Below, one piece after another: positions 27,371-36,957 of a DNA stretch of 64,000 bases. Made by a program: the position numbers and the translations under genes. Source of the stretch: an uncultured bacterium (GTDB lineage: Bacteria > RBG-13-61-14 > DATKZS01); contig CAZYTX010000003.1 in NCBI GenBank assembly GCA_964650485.1, forward strand, positions 57,114-121,113, given 5' to 3'. Below the pieces are notes generated by a model, which saw only the letters and a program-made list of their open reading frames with translations, ran no database searches and had not been told where the DNA came from. Position 1 is the stretch's first letter. Every line of letters starts with the position of its first letter.

Positions 27371-28221
27371 TCAGTCCCACTTGTAATTCTCGTCGAGCGC
27401 ATACTTTTCCTCCACCCCTATCATCCTGGTGAACTCATTGAAGTCCATCATCTGATCGCGTATGGCCTCGGTGTCCCCGTGCTCGATCAGGTGCCGGAAG
27501 GTCTTATCCAGCGCTTTGGCCGCGGCGAACAGCCCGGAGAGCACGTACCCCACCGAGAAGAAGCCCATCTCCTGGAGCTCGGAAAGCGGCAGCAGCGGGG
27601 TCCGGCCACCCTCGATGCAGTTCACCACCAGGGGCGGCGGGACCTCGGCCGCTATCCTCTTCATCTCCTCCCTGGTGCGGGGGGCCTCCACGAATATGAG
27701 GGTGGCCCCGGCCTCCTTGTAGACCCTGCCACGGCGGATGGCCTCGTCCAGGCCCAGCGGGTCCCGGGCGTCCGTCCGCGCGGTGATGATAAAGGGCCGG
27801 TCGCCCCTGGCGTCGGCCGCGGCCCTCACCTTGGCAGCGTGCTCCTCCATGGGCACCACCGACTTGCCGCGCATGTGGCCGCAGCGCTTGGGCCAGGTCT
27901 GGTCCTCGAGCAGCACCCCCCGGCGCCCATATTGAGGGCCTCCTTTACCGGCCTGTATACGTTGAGCGGTCCCCCGAACCCGGTGTCGCCGTCTATAACA
28001 ACCCCGATGTCCACCGCGTTCACCACCCGCCGGGCCACGTTCAGCACCTCGGTCTGGGTGAGCAGCCCGAAGTCGGGCTCGCCCAGGTGGGAGGCGGCCA
28101 CACCGAAGCCGGTCACCACCACCGAGTGGAACCCGGCCCGCTCGGCTATCTTTGCGGAGAACACGTCGTACACCCCCGCGGCCAGCACCACCTTTCTCTG
28201 CTCGATCAAGGGATGCACCAT
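27371..28221 (-). pseudogene. PEP mutase / isocitrate lyase superfamily gene (2-methylisocitrate lyase or carboxy-PEP mutase-like) split by a -1 frameshift in a C6/G6 homopolymer near 27915
   Basis: The upstream half MVHPLIEQRKVVLAAGVYDVFSAKIAERAGF...GDTGFGGPLNV...NMGAGG and downstream half LLEDQTWPKRCGHMRGKSVVP...FVEAP are contiguous family motifs (K-R-C-G-H). Adding one G to the GGGGGG run restores a single frame of about 283 aa. Confidence 0.6.
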
Positions 28222-28233
28222 GACAGTTCTCCT

Positions 28234-29256
28234 TTACGATCCGTCTAATGCCTGTTCGAATATCCGCGCGGCCTCCTCGACCTCATCCCGGCCCACGTCG
28301 AGGTGGGTCACGGCCCGGAGGCGGTCGGGCGCCAGCGGGTTCACCAGCACGCCCTTCTCCTTCAGCCTTGCCGCGTACTGGAATGCGTTCCTTTCTCCTG
28401 TATCCACGAACACCATGTTGGTGTTCACCTTTTCGAGGTCAATGAAAAGCCCGTCCACCTCGGCCAGGCTGGTTGCAAGCAGCCTCGCGTTCTCGTGGTC
28501 CTGGGCGAGCCTTTCAACGTGGTTGTCCAGGGCATAGAGCCCGGCCGCGGCCATGACCCCGGCCTGGCGCATGCCGCCTCCGAGAAGCTCGCGGTACCGC
28601 TTTGCTCTTTCCATGAACTCGGCGCTGCCGCACACCACTGACCCCACCGGGCACCCCAGCCCCTTTGAGAGGCAGAAGGACACCGAGTCAACAGGAGCGC
28701 ACAGCTCGGACACGCTCTTTCCCGTGGCTATTGCAGCATTGAATATCCTGGCCCCGTCAATGTGCGATTTAATGCCCCATGCGCGCGCACCCGCTGCTAT
28801 CTGCTCGACGTCATCCTGGTCGAATACTATGCCGCCGCCGCCGTTATGTGTGTTCTCCATCATCACTAAAGTGGTTGGCGCGAAGTGGAGGTTCCCGCCC
28901 AGGCAGTTCTCGTAGGCGTCCTTCCAGGTGAAGGTCCCTCCCTGGCCGACTATGATGGGCAGCACACCGGCAATGGCCGATGGCCCGCCGCTCTCGTAGA
29001 GCCAGGAGTGGGCCTTCTCGCCCAGGATGATGGAGTCGCCCCTGCGGCAGTGGGAGAGCAGGGCCACCAGGTTGGCCATGGTGCCGGAGGGCACGAACAG
29101 GGCCTGGTCTTTGCCGGTGATCTGGGCGGCCCGCTCCTGCAGCCGGTTGATTGAGGGGTCCTCCCCGTAGCCGTCGTCTCCCACCTCGGCCTTGGCCATG
29201 GCTTGTCTCATCCCGGGTGTGGGCCTTGTCACCGTGTCGCTCCTAAGGTCAATCAT
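28234..29256 (-). CDS. ltaE: Low-specificity L-threonine aldolase
   Basis: [20 protein letters not shown]...[12 protein letters not shown]...[16 protein letters not shown] (PLP Lys). Confidence 0.85.
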   Translation of the reverse strand: MIDLRSDTVTRPTPGMRQAMAKAEVGDDGYGEDPSINRLQERAAQITGKDQALFVPSGTMANLVALLSHCRRGDSIILGEKAHSWLYESGGPSAIAGVLPIIVGQGGTFTWKDAYENCLGGNLHFAPTTLVMMENTHNGGGGIVFDQDDVEQIAAGARAWGIKSHIDGARIFNAAIATGKSVSELCAPVDSVSFCLSKGLGCPVGSVVCGSAEFMERAKRYRELLGGGMRQAGVMAAAGLYALDNHVERLAQDHENARLLATSLAEVDGLFIDLEKVNTNMVFVDTGERNAFQYAARLKEKGVLVNPLAPDRLRAVTHLDVGRDEVEEAARIFEQALDGS

Positions 29257-30038
29257 TTAAGGTTCCTCTGAAATATTATCCGGAGGCCCTCGATGGTGAG
29301 ATTGTCATCAACAGTCTTTATGAGCCTGCATTGGGGGGCGATCAGCGCCGCGGGCCCGCCGGTGGCCATGACCAGCGGCTCGGGCTCGTCCGGCCAGTCC
29401 CTTTTCACCTCCTGGCTGACGCTCTCGACCAGCGAGTCCACCATGCCGGCGTACCCGTTAATTATTCCGCTCTGCATTGCAGCCACGGTGCTTTTTCCGA
29501 TCACCCTTGACGGCTTTATCATCTCCACCCTGGGCAGCTTGGACGCCTGTTTGAACAGGGCCTCGGTGGACACCAGCAGGCCGGGGGCTATGATCCCTCC
29601 CTCGAACGAGCCCCTGGAGGTGATGAAGTCCAGCGTGGTCGCGGTTCCGAAGTCTATCACTATCACCGCGCTCTTTGCCCGCTCGTACGCAGCCACCGCG
29701 TTCGCGATCCTGTCCGCGCCCACCTCCCTGGGGTTGTCCACGTGTATGGGCATGCCGGTCTTGATGCCGGGCCCCACTAACAGTGGCTGTACCTGGAAGT
29801 ACCTCCTGCACAGGTCGGCCATCACCTGGTGCAGGGGCGGCACCACGCACGAGACCGCGATCCCCTGGAAGCAGTCCGCGGGAAGGGCCCTGCTCTGCAA
29901 GAGCTCCTTTAAAAGGATGTAGTACTCGTCCGCGGTCTGCTCGTGACGCGTCACCACCCGCCAGTGGCACAGGAGGTCTTCGCCCTTGTAAAGCCCGATC
30001 ACCGTGTTGGAGTTGCCTATGTCAATCACCAGGAGCAT
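29253..30038 (-). CDS. coaX: Type III pantothenate kinase
   Basis: [17 protein letters not shown]...[14 protein letters not shown]...GGIIAPG. Start at the internal ATG (30036-30038); overlaps the ltaE start. Confidence 0.85.
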   Translation of the reverse strand: MLLVIDIGNSNTVIGLYKGEDLLCHWRVVTRHEQTADEYYILLKELLQSRALPADCFQGIAVSCVVPPLHQVMADLCRRYFQVQPLLVGPGIKTGMPIHVDNPREVGADRIANAVAAYERAKSAVIVIDFGTATTLDFITSRGSFEGGIIAPGLLVSTEALFKQASKLPRVEMIKPSRVIGKSTVAAMQSGIINGYAGMVDSLVESVSQEVKRDWPDEPEPLVMATGGPAALIAPQCRLIKTVDDNLTIEGLRIIFQRNLK

Positions 30039-30142
30039 GCTGAACTCCCCTGCTTTGAAAATGGGGTGGGAGAGTCCTTCCGGTCTCGATAATCGCGAGC
30101 AGGAGCTCGCTCCCACCTGAAGCTCATGCCGGCATTAATCAT

Positions 30143-30922
30143 TCACCCGATTATTGTAACGTCGCCGGCAACAACGGCCCTCTCCAGCCCGTCCGCGCGC
30201 ATCACCAGGGCCCCGTCCTCGCGCACCGACTCCGCCACCCCGGTGAATATCCCCGCGGGGGTCTCTGCCCTGACCGTCTTGCCCATGGCCTCTGAAAGCT
30301 CTTTCCACCTCTCAATCACCTTTTGCGAATTACCATCGGCAACCAGCTCCATCATGCTCTCCAGGTTTATCATAAGGGCTTTGAAGAGCCCGGCCCTTTG
30401 CACCTGCTCCCCGGTCTCCATGTACAACGAGGTGGCCGAGTCCAGAAGGTCCGCGGGCAGGTCCCCGGCCGCAAGGTTTACGTTCATCCCTGTCCCCAGT
30501 ATCACGTATTCCATGCCCGGGCCTGCCTCCGCCAGAACCCCGGTCACCTTCCTGCCTCGTATGCGCACGTCGTTGGGCCACTTGATCATGGCCGGGACGC
30601 GGCAAATCGCTCTTATGGCCTCTGCCGCGGCCACTCCCGCGGCCAGGGTTATCATGCCAGTGCCGCCCGCGGACACGCCCTCTCTCAGTATGATTGAGAA
30701 GAGCAGGTTTTTCCCGGCAGGAGAGTGCCAGGTCCTGCCCAGCCTGCCCCTGCCCTTTTCCTGCTCCTCGGCAATCACCACCGCGCCGTGGGATGCGCCC
30801 GAGTCCGCGAGCCTTCGGGCGTCGTCGTTGGTCGAGCCGGTCCTCTCCTTCACCACCACTGTATGGCCTAGCCTCGATCCCGGCCTCGAGAGCTCATCCG
30901 CCAGAAGCTCGTCCATGCCCAA
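30143..30922 (-). CDS. birA: Biotin--[acetyl-CoA-carboxylase] ligase (group I, no HTH)
   Basis: VIAEEQEKGRGRLGRTWHSPAGKNLLFSIIL...IKWPNDVRIRGRKVTGVLAE. Confidence 0.85.
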   Translation of the reverse strand: MGMDELLADELSRPGSRLGHTVVVKERTGSTNDDARRLADSGASHGAVVIAEEQEKGRGRLGRTWHSPAGKNLLFSIILREGVSAGGTGMITLAAGVAAAEAIRAICRVPAMIKWPNDVRIRGRKVTGVLAEAGPGMEYVILGTGMNVNLAAGDLPADLLDSATSLYMETGEQVQRAGLFKALMINLESMMELVADGNSQKVIERWKELSEAMGKTVRAETPAGIFTGVAESVREDGALVMRADGLERAVVAGDVTIIG

Positions 30923-31748
30923 TCACGAGTCCTCTAAATGCAGGTCCGCGCTCACCTCCGCGGCAGGAGCGGAGTGCGTAATCGCGCCCACCGAGATCAA
31001 GTCCACGCCGCAGGCCGCGACCTCGGAGACGTTCTCCAGGGTGATACCGCCGGAGGCCTCGATCAGCGCCTTGCCACCCAACTCCCGGACCACGGCGCGC
31101 ATCTCGCCCGGGTCCATGTTGTCCAGGAGCAGCATGTCAGCGCCAGCCGCCACGGCCTCCTCGGCCTCGTCCGCGCTCGTGACCTCGACCTCTATCTTCA
31201 ACAGGTGATGCGCGCCGGACCTGGCCCTGTCCACGGCCTCGGAAACCGAGCCTGCAACAGCCTTGTGGTTGTCCTTTATCAGCACACCGTCCGAGAGCCC
31301 GAACCTGTGCGGGACCCCTCCGCCCGTTTTAACCGCGTACTTCTGGAGCAGGCGCACCCCGGGCATAGTCTTCCTGGTGGCCGCGATCTTCGCACCGGTC
31401 CCGGCCACGGCCTGGACGTACTCCCGGGTCAAGGTTGCTATGCCGGAGAGGTGCTGGGCGATGTTGAGCGCCACGCGCTCGCCCGAGAGCAGGGCCCGGG
31501 CATTTGCGCGGCCCTTCATGATAACCGCGTCCGAGCCGGCCGGAGCCCCCTCCTCCATGCGCTCCGCCCGGGCTTGTGGGTCCAGCAGGGAGAACACCCG
31601 CTCCGCTGCGAAGAGCCCGCACACGATGAGCCCGGACCCGGCCCGGAACTCCATGCTCGCGGAGAGGTCAGGGGACACGATGCTCTCGGTGGTCACGTCG
31701 CCCGGTCCCAGGTCCTCTGCCAGGGCCGCTCTCAGCCACTGGTCCATC
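30923..31748 (-). CDS. nadC: Nicotinate-nucleotide pyrophosphorylase (carboxylating)
   Basis: 274 aa MDQWLRAALAEDLGPGDVTTES...ATRKTMPGVRLLQKYAVKTGGGVPHRFGLSDGVLIKDNH...LLDNMDP. The track's 610-aa ORF is an upstream over-extension. Confidence 0.85.
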
Positions 31749-31803
31749 TCAGGCCATGTAAAGAACGCTCTCATCCAAATTAAACCTATCACATCGTCCG
31801 CAT

Positions 31804-31831
31804 TTGAAAAACCCTTTATAAGGTTTATATT
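31804..31831 (+). promoter_or_regulatory. Candidate sigma70 promoter TTGAAA-N16-TATATT for galT
   Basis: Lies in the divergent nadC/galT intergenic region. The spacer contains the near-palindrome CCTTTATAAGG. Confidence 0.35.
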
Positions 31832-31870
31832 GTACTCAGTTTTTGAGCCTATGGAAAAGAAGGGGGAGTC

Positions 31871-32872
31871 ATGTCCGAGCTCAGGAGAGACCCTGTTGAC
31901 GGCCGCTGGGTGATCATAGCCGCGGAGCGCCGCAAGCGCCCGGTGGACTTCCAGACCAGGCCCTATGAAACAGAGTCCTCGGAGAAGTGCCCCTTTTGCG
32001 AGGGCAAGGAGGACCAGACTCCTCCGGAGGTCTTCGCCATACGTGGCCAGGACAGCATGCCCAACGGCCCGGGCTGGGAGCTGCGCGTCATTCCCAACAA
32101 GTATCCTGCCTTGCGCATAGAGGGCGAGCTTACCAGGGAAGGGGTGGGTTACTTCGACAAGATGAGCGGGACCGGCGCGCACGAGATCATAATCGAGACC
32201 CCGGACCATTACGCCCACCGGTCCACCATGACCCTGCACCAGCTCGAGAACGTGTACAGGGCGTACCGGGAGAGGATAGTGGCCCTGCGGCACGACCGCA
32301 GGATCAAGTATGTGATGATCTTCAAGAACTACGGGGACGCCGCGGGGGCCAGCCTTGCCCACCCCCACACCCAGCTCATCGCGTTGCCCATCCTTCCCCA
32401 CCACATAGTGGAGGAGATGAACGGGGCCCGGCAGTATTTTCAATACAAGCAGCGCTGCATTTTCTGCGACGTTATCTACCAGGAGGCGGACATGGCCGAG
32501 CGGGTGGTGTGCCAGAACGAGGGTTTCATAGCCATCTGCCCCTGGGCACCCATCTTCCCCTTCGAGGTGTGGGTCCTGCCCAGGCAGCACGACTCCTGCT
32601 TCGAGGACTGCAACCCGGACGAGCTTGAAAGGCTCGCGGACCTGTGCTCGCAGGTGCACAAGCGGCTCGACCAGGCCCTGGCAATGCCCCAGTACAACTC
32701 CATACTGCACACCTCGCCGTTCGACGAGCAGTACAACGACTACTACCACTGGCACATCGAGATCATGCCCAGGCTTACCCGCACCGCGGGGTTCGAGTAC
32801 GGGACCGGGTTCTACATAAACCCGGTCCCGCCGGAGGAGGCCGCGGGCTTCCTGCGGGATATGGAGGTCTGA
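31871..32872 (+). CDS. galT: Galactose-1-phosphate uridylyltransferase (HIT-family GalT)
   Basis: SEKCPFCEGKE zinc site; HPHTQLIALPILPH (HxHxQ active site); FIAICPWAPIFPFEVWVLP. Confidence 0.8.
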   Translation: MSELRRDPVDGRWVIIAAERRKRPVDFQTRPYETESSEKCPFCEGKEDQTPPEVFAIRGQDSMPNGPGWELRVIPNKYPALRIEGELTREGVGYFDKMSGTGAHEIIIETPDHYAHRSTMTLHQLENVYRAYRERIVALRHDRRIKYVMIFKNYGDAAGASLAHPHTQLIALPILPHHIVEEMNGARQYFQYKQRCIFCDVIYQEADMAERVVCQNEGFIAICPWAPIFPFEVWVLPRQHDSCFEDCNPDELERLADLCSQVHKRLDQALAMPQYNSILHTSPFDEQYNDYYHWHIEIMPRLTRTAGFEYGTGFYINPVPPEEAAGFLRDMEV

Positions 32873-32976
32873 AAGAGGCTTGAGGCTTGAGACATGAGGT
32901 TTGAGGTGCGAGGGTTGAAGGAATCGGCAGCAAATGCCACAGGGACCATAATGAATTATAATGGTTTATAGGAGGG

Positions 32977-33195
32977 TTGGCTATGAAATCGCTTGAAGAC
33001 AGGATAAAAGAGCTTCCGGCTGAGTTCTTGCCCGAGGTCGAGGATTTTATAGATTTCTTGTTAAAAAAAAATCGCAACAAAAAAAAGAAGAAGCCCGCAT
33101 TTGAATGGGTCGGAGCACTCGAGGACTTGAAGGAAGAATACACCTCCGTCGAGCTTCAGCATGAGATATCAAGATTTCGAGCCACGGAGAAATGA
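32977..33195 (+). CDS. vapB: VapB-type antitoxin (DUF2281-like)
   Basis: 72 aa ...IKELPAEFLPEVEDFIDFLLKK..; 4-nt overlap with the downstream PIN gene. AT-rich relative to the genome. Confidence 0.6.
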   Translation: MAMKSLEDRIKELPAEFLPEVEDFIDFLLKKNRNKKKKKPAFEWVGALEDLKEEYTSVELQHEISRFRATEK

Positions 33196-33587
33196 AGCTC
33201 CTTATAGACACCAATGTGGTGCTTGAAATGCTGCTCTGGCAGCAACAAGCCGATGAGTCTATCGAACTTTTTAACAGATTAGGTGAACACGATTTTTATA
33301 TCACTGATTTTTCTCTTCATTCTTTAGGGGTCATTCTATTTCAAAAAAATCGGCGAGAAGCCTTTGTGCAATTTCTGAAGGATATGATTGTAAACCCTGT
33401 TATCGAGATAAAGACGTTGCTCATGGAAGACATGGATGAACTCACCATGAACTCCAGAAGTTTCAACCTTGACTTTGATGATGCCTATCAATACACCACT
33501 GCAATAAAATTCGGCCTGACTATTGTCAGCTTCGACAACGACTTCGACCGGACGGAGCTGGGGAGAAAGGAACCGGGAGAGATTTAG
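33192..33587 (+). CDS. vapC: PIN-domain toxin VapC
   Basis: MKLLIDTNVVLEML...ITDFSLHSL...DDAYQYTTAI...VSFDNDFD (the conserved PIN acidic residues). Confidence 0.8.
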   Translation: MKLLIDTNVVLEMLLWQQQADESIELFNRLGEHDFYITDFSLHSLGVILFQKNRREAFVQFLKDMIVNPVIEIKTLLMEDMDELTMNSRSFNLDFDDAYQYTTAIKFGLTIVSFDNDFDRTELGRKEPGEI

Positions 33588-35593
33588 TCCTTTGTACTGA
33601 ACATCTCCCCTGCCCTGGCTATGTGCTCGGGCTTTCCCAGGAGCACGGCCACGTCGTCCTCGGAAAGGCCCTGGTCCGCGGCCGGGTTGGTGATTATCTT
33701 CTCGCCCCTGCGCACGGCCATCAAGGTGGCCCCGGTGCGCGAGCGGAGCATGAGCTCGGCCAAAGTCTTTCCAGCGGCCTCGGAGCCCGGCTGCACCCTG
33801 AAGGTGGCCACCTCGGTGTCGGGCATGTGCAGCCTGAGGTCGCACACCCCCGCCCGCGGCTCCTCCACGCTGCGGAGCATGTGGTAGCCGCCGGAGCGGA
33901 GCTCGCGTGTAAAGCTTTGTATCTCCTCCGAGGGCACCATGTACCTTGTCAGCACCCGGGTGAATATCTCCACAGAGGTCTCAAGCTCCGCGGGTATGAC
34001 CTCGTCGGCGCCGAGCCGGTAGAGGGGCTCGGTCTCCTTGATGAAGGGGGTCCTGGCGATCAGGTAGAGCTTGGGGTTCATGCGCCGCGCCAGCTCGATT
34101 ATCCTCCTGGTGGAGGCGGGGTCTGGAATGGCCACCACCATGACCCGGGCACGCTCGACCCCGGCGTGCTCGAGCGTGGTCTGCCCTGATGCGTCTCCGT
34201 ATGTGACCGGCTCGCCCCTGTTCCTTTCCCTGCGCACGGTCTCGGGGTTGAGCTCGATTATCACGTAGGGGATGCTGGAGGAGGCCGCGGCCCTGGCCAG
34301 GCTGACGCCGTTGGGCCCGAAGCCCACTATGACCAGGTGGTCTGTGAGCCTGCTTTCTTTCTCGATCCCGGCTTGCATGCGCCATCCCGAGGTTATCCTT
34401 TCCGGCAGGGGCACCCGGGAGAGCAGGTCGGTCAGCCGGGGACCTGATGAGATCAACAACGGGGTGGCGATCATGGTGAGTATGGCCACGCCCAGGAACA
34501 CCTGGTATGTCCCGTCGGGCATGAGGCCGTGGTCCATTCCGATCTTGGAGAGTATAAAGGAGAACTCCCCCACCTGCGACAGGGCGAGGCCGGCGAGCAG
34601 CGAGGTCTTCAAGGGGAACCCGAGCACGAACACCGGCGCCGCGGCCAGCATCGACTTGATCACGAGCACCAGGGCGGCCGCGGCCAGGATCATAAGCGGG
34701 TGCTGTATGAAGAACGATAGGTCCAGGAGCATGCCGATGGACACGAAGAACAGGCTGATGAATATGTCCCGGAAGGGGATCATGTCAGAAAGCGCCTTGC
34801 TCGAGTACTCGGACTCGGATATTATCAGCCCGGCCAGGAAGCTGCCGAGCGCCAGGGAGAGCCCGGCCGCGTAGGTGAGCCAGGCAACCGCAAGACCGAT
34901 GAACACCACCGCCAGTATAAAGAGTTCGCGGTCTTTCAGCCTGGCCACCTGGAAGAGGAGCACGGGCACAATGTAGCGGGCAAGAATGATAGCGAGCCCC
35001 ACCACCGCGGCCCCCTTGCCCAGGAGGACCAGCAGGGAAGCCCAGGGCCTCGCGTCCGCACCGGCCAGCATTGGCACAAGAAGCACCATGGGCACCACCA
35101 TGATGTCCTGGAAGATGAGTATGCCCAGCACGTTCCTGCCGTGGGGGCTGTCTATCTCCGCCCGCTCCTGCATGATCTTTAGCACGATGGCCGTGCTGGA
35201 AAGCGCCAGCAGGAACCCGAAGAACATTGCCTGGTTGAAAGGCCGGCCAAAGCCTACGCTGATCACCGCCCCTGCGGCCGCGGTAAGCGCTACCTGAAGC
35301 CCGCCTCCCACAAGGACCATGACCTTTATCTGCAAGAGCTTCTCGACCGAGAACTCGATGCCGATGGTAAAGAGCAGAAGCACCACCCCCACCTCGGCCA
35401 TGACCTCGACCTCGTGCACCGCGCTTATCAGCCCCAGCCCGTGGGGACCGGCCAGCACACCGGTGAGCAGGAGGCCCACCAGCGCAGGGATGCGCAGCCA
35501 ATGGCAGACCATCACCACCGCCACTGCCAGGCCGAAGATCACTAAAAGGTCGGTTAAAAGAGGTATTTCCATTTGTCTTTTTATTTCACGCAA
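33584..35593 (-). CDS. CPA2-family K+/H+ antiporter (KefB/KefC-like) with RCK (TrkA-N/TrkA-C) domains
   Basis: About 12 TM helices, then VIVGFGPNGVSLARA (Rossmann RCK) and a C-terminal TrkA-C-like domain. Confidence 0.85.
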   Translation of the reverse strand: MREIKRQMEIPLLTDLLVIFGLAVAVVMVCHWLRIPALVGLLLTGVLAGPHGLGLISAVHEVEVMAEVGVVLLLFTIGIEFSVEKLLQIKVMVLVGGGLQVALTAAAGAVISVGFGRPFNQAMFFGFLLALSSTAIVLKIMQERAEIDSPHGRNVLGILIFQDIMVVPMVLLVPMLAGADARPWASLLVLLGKGAAVVGLAIILARYIVPVLLFQVARLKDRELFILAVVFIGLAVAWLTYAAGLSLALGSFLAGLIISESEYSSKALSDMIPFRDIFISLFFVSIGMLLDLSFFIQHPLMILAAAALVLVIKSMLAAAPVFVLGFPLKTSLLAGLALSQVGEFSFILSKIGMDHGLMPDGTYQVFLGVAILTMIATPLLISSGPRLTDLLSRVPLPERITSGWRMQAGIEKESRLTDHLVIVGFGPNGVSLARAAASSSIPYVIIELNPETVRRERNRGEPVTYGDASGQTTLEHAGVERARVMVVAIPDPASTRRIIELARRMNPKLYLIARTPFIKETEPLYRLGADEVIPAELETSVEIFTRVLTRYMVPSEEIQSFTRELRSGGYHMLRSVEEPRAGVCDLRLHMPDTEVATFRVQPGSEAAGKTLAELMLRSRTGATLMAVRRGEKIITNPAADQGLSEDDVAVLLGKPEHIARAGEMFSTKD

Positions 35594-35620
35594 AGGCGCG
35601 AAGGCGCAAAGGGCAACTTA
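35585..35620 (-). repeat. Intergenic repeat element copy B (reverse complement TTGCGCCTTCGCGCCTTTGCGTGAAATAAAAAG)
   Basis: Second copy of the 27296-27340 element. In both cases it lies just downstream of a stop codon in gene orientation. Confidence 0.45.
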
Positions 35621-35632
35621 AAAGAGATTTTT

Positions 35633-36913
35633 TTATTGCGATTCCTCCAGAGCCTCTGAAAAGGCCTCCACCGTCCTGTCAATGTCTTCGTAAGAATGGG
35701 CGGTGGAGGTGAACAGGGTCTCGAAGGCCGAGGGGGCAAGGTATACTCCCCTTTTAAGCATGGCGTGAAAGAAGCGCTTGAAGCGCCCGGTGTCGGCTTG
35801 GCTGGCCTCCGCATAGTTCCGGGGCGGCTCCGGCCGGAAGAAGACCCCGAACATGGCGCCCAGGCTGGTCGCGCTCACGCCCTCCTCTCGTTTCTTGATG
35901 ACATCGGAGATCCCCTCGACCAGGGCGCTGGTGCGGGCCGCGAGGTTTTCCATCACCGACTCCTTTGCTATCTGGTCCAGGGTGGCCATTCCCGCGGCCA
36001 TGGCCACCGGGTTGCCGGAAAGGGTCCCTGCCTGGTAGACCGGGCCCTCGGGCGCCACCGATGCCATGATCTCGCCCTTGCCCCCGTAGCACCCCACCGG
36101 GAAGCCGCCGCCGATGACCTTGCCCAGACAGGTGAGGTCCGGCTTCACCTCGTAGTGTCCCTGCACACCGCCTTTTACCCTGAAGCCGGCCAGGACCTCG
36201 TCGAATATGAGCACTGAGTCGTAGTGCGAGCAGAGGTTCCTGAGCGCGTCCAGGAAACCGGGCTCCGGCTTTATGAGGCCCATGTTGCCGGCCACAGGCT
36301 CCACGATCACCGCGGCCAGGTGCGAGCCGTGTTCGGCAAAGGCGTGCTCCAGGGGCTCGATGTCGTTCATGGGGATGACCACGGTGTGCTGGGCAAAGCT
36401 CGCCGGCACTCCCGCTGAGCTGGGCTGTCCCAGGGTGGCCGCGCCCGAGCCGGCCTTTACCAAGAGGTGGTCGCCCCCCCCGTGGTAGCATCCCTCGAAC
36501 TTGATGATCCTGTCCCGGCCGGTATAGCCCCGGGCCGCACGGATGGCGGCCATGCAGGCCTCGGTGCCCGAACTGACGAAGCGCATCTTCTCCATGGAGG
36601 GGTAGAAGGAGTGCACACGCCTTGCAAGCTCGGTCTCGCGCACGCAGGGCGCGCCGAAGCTGGACCCGTCACGTATTGCTCCCACTGCCGCGTCCACCAC
36701 CGCGGGGTGGGCATGGCCCAGTATGAGCGGTCCCCATGAGAGCACGTAGTCAATGTATACGTTGCCGTCCTCGTCCTCGATCCTGCTGCCCCTGCCCCGG
36801 CTCATGAACACCGGGGTGCCGCCCACCGCCTTGAAGGCCCGCACCGGGCTGTTCACTCCCCCAACCAGGTAAGCCCCGGCCTGCTCGAAAAGCTCCTGCG
36901 AACGCCTGAACAT
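35633..36913 (-). CDS. hemL: Glutamate-1-semialdehyde 2,1-aminomutase
   Basis: MFRRSQELFEQAGAYLVGGVNSPVRAFKAVGG...YGGKGEIM...LGKVIGGGFPVG (PLP Lys). Confidence 0.95.
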   Translation of the reverse strand: MFRRSQELFEQAGAYLVGGVNSPVRAFKAVGGTPVFMSRGRGSRIEDEDGNVYIDYVLSWGPLILGHAHPAVVDAAVGAIRDGSSFGAPCVRETELARRVHSFYPSMEKMRFVSSGTEACMAAIRAARGYTGRDRIIKFEGCYHGGGDHLLVKAGSGAATLGQPSSAGVPASFAQHTVVIPMNDIEPLEHAFAEHGSHLAAVIVEPVAGNMGLIKPEPGFLDALRNLCSHYDSVLIFDEVLAGFRVKGGVQGHYEVKPDLTCLGKVIGGGFPVGCYGGKGEIMASVAPEGPVYQAGTLSGNPVAMAAGMATLDQIAKESVMENLAARTSALVEGISDVIKKREEGVSATSLGAMFGVFFRPEPPRNYAEASQADTGRFKRFFHAMLKRGVYLAPSAFETLFTSTAHSYEDIDRTVEAFSEALEESQ

Positions 36914-36957
36914 ATAATGCTCCTTTCTATGCCGGCGCCTTCACGCGCGGGCCGGCC

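Noticed and set aside
30923-32755. 610-aa - strand ORF
   Set aside because: Only the 3'-proximal 274 codons (nadC) are real. The upstream part is antisense to galT and lacks nadC homology.
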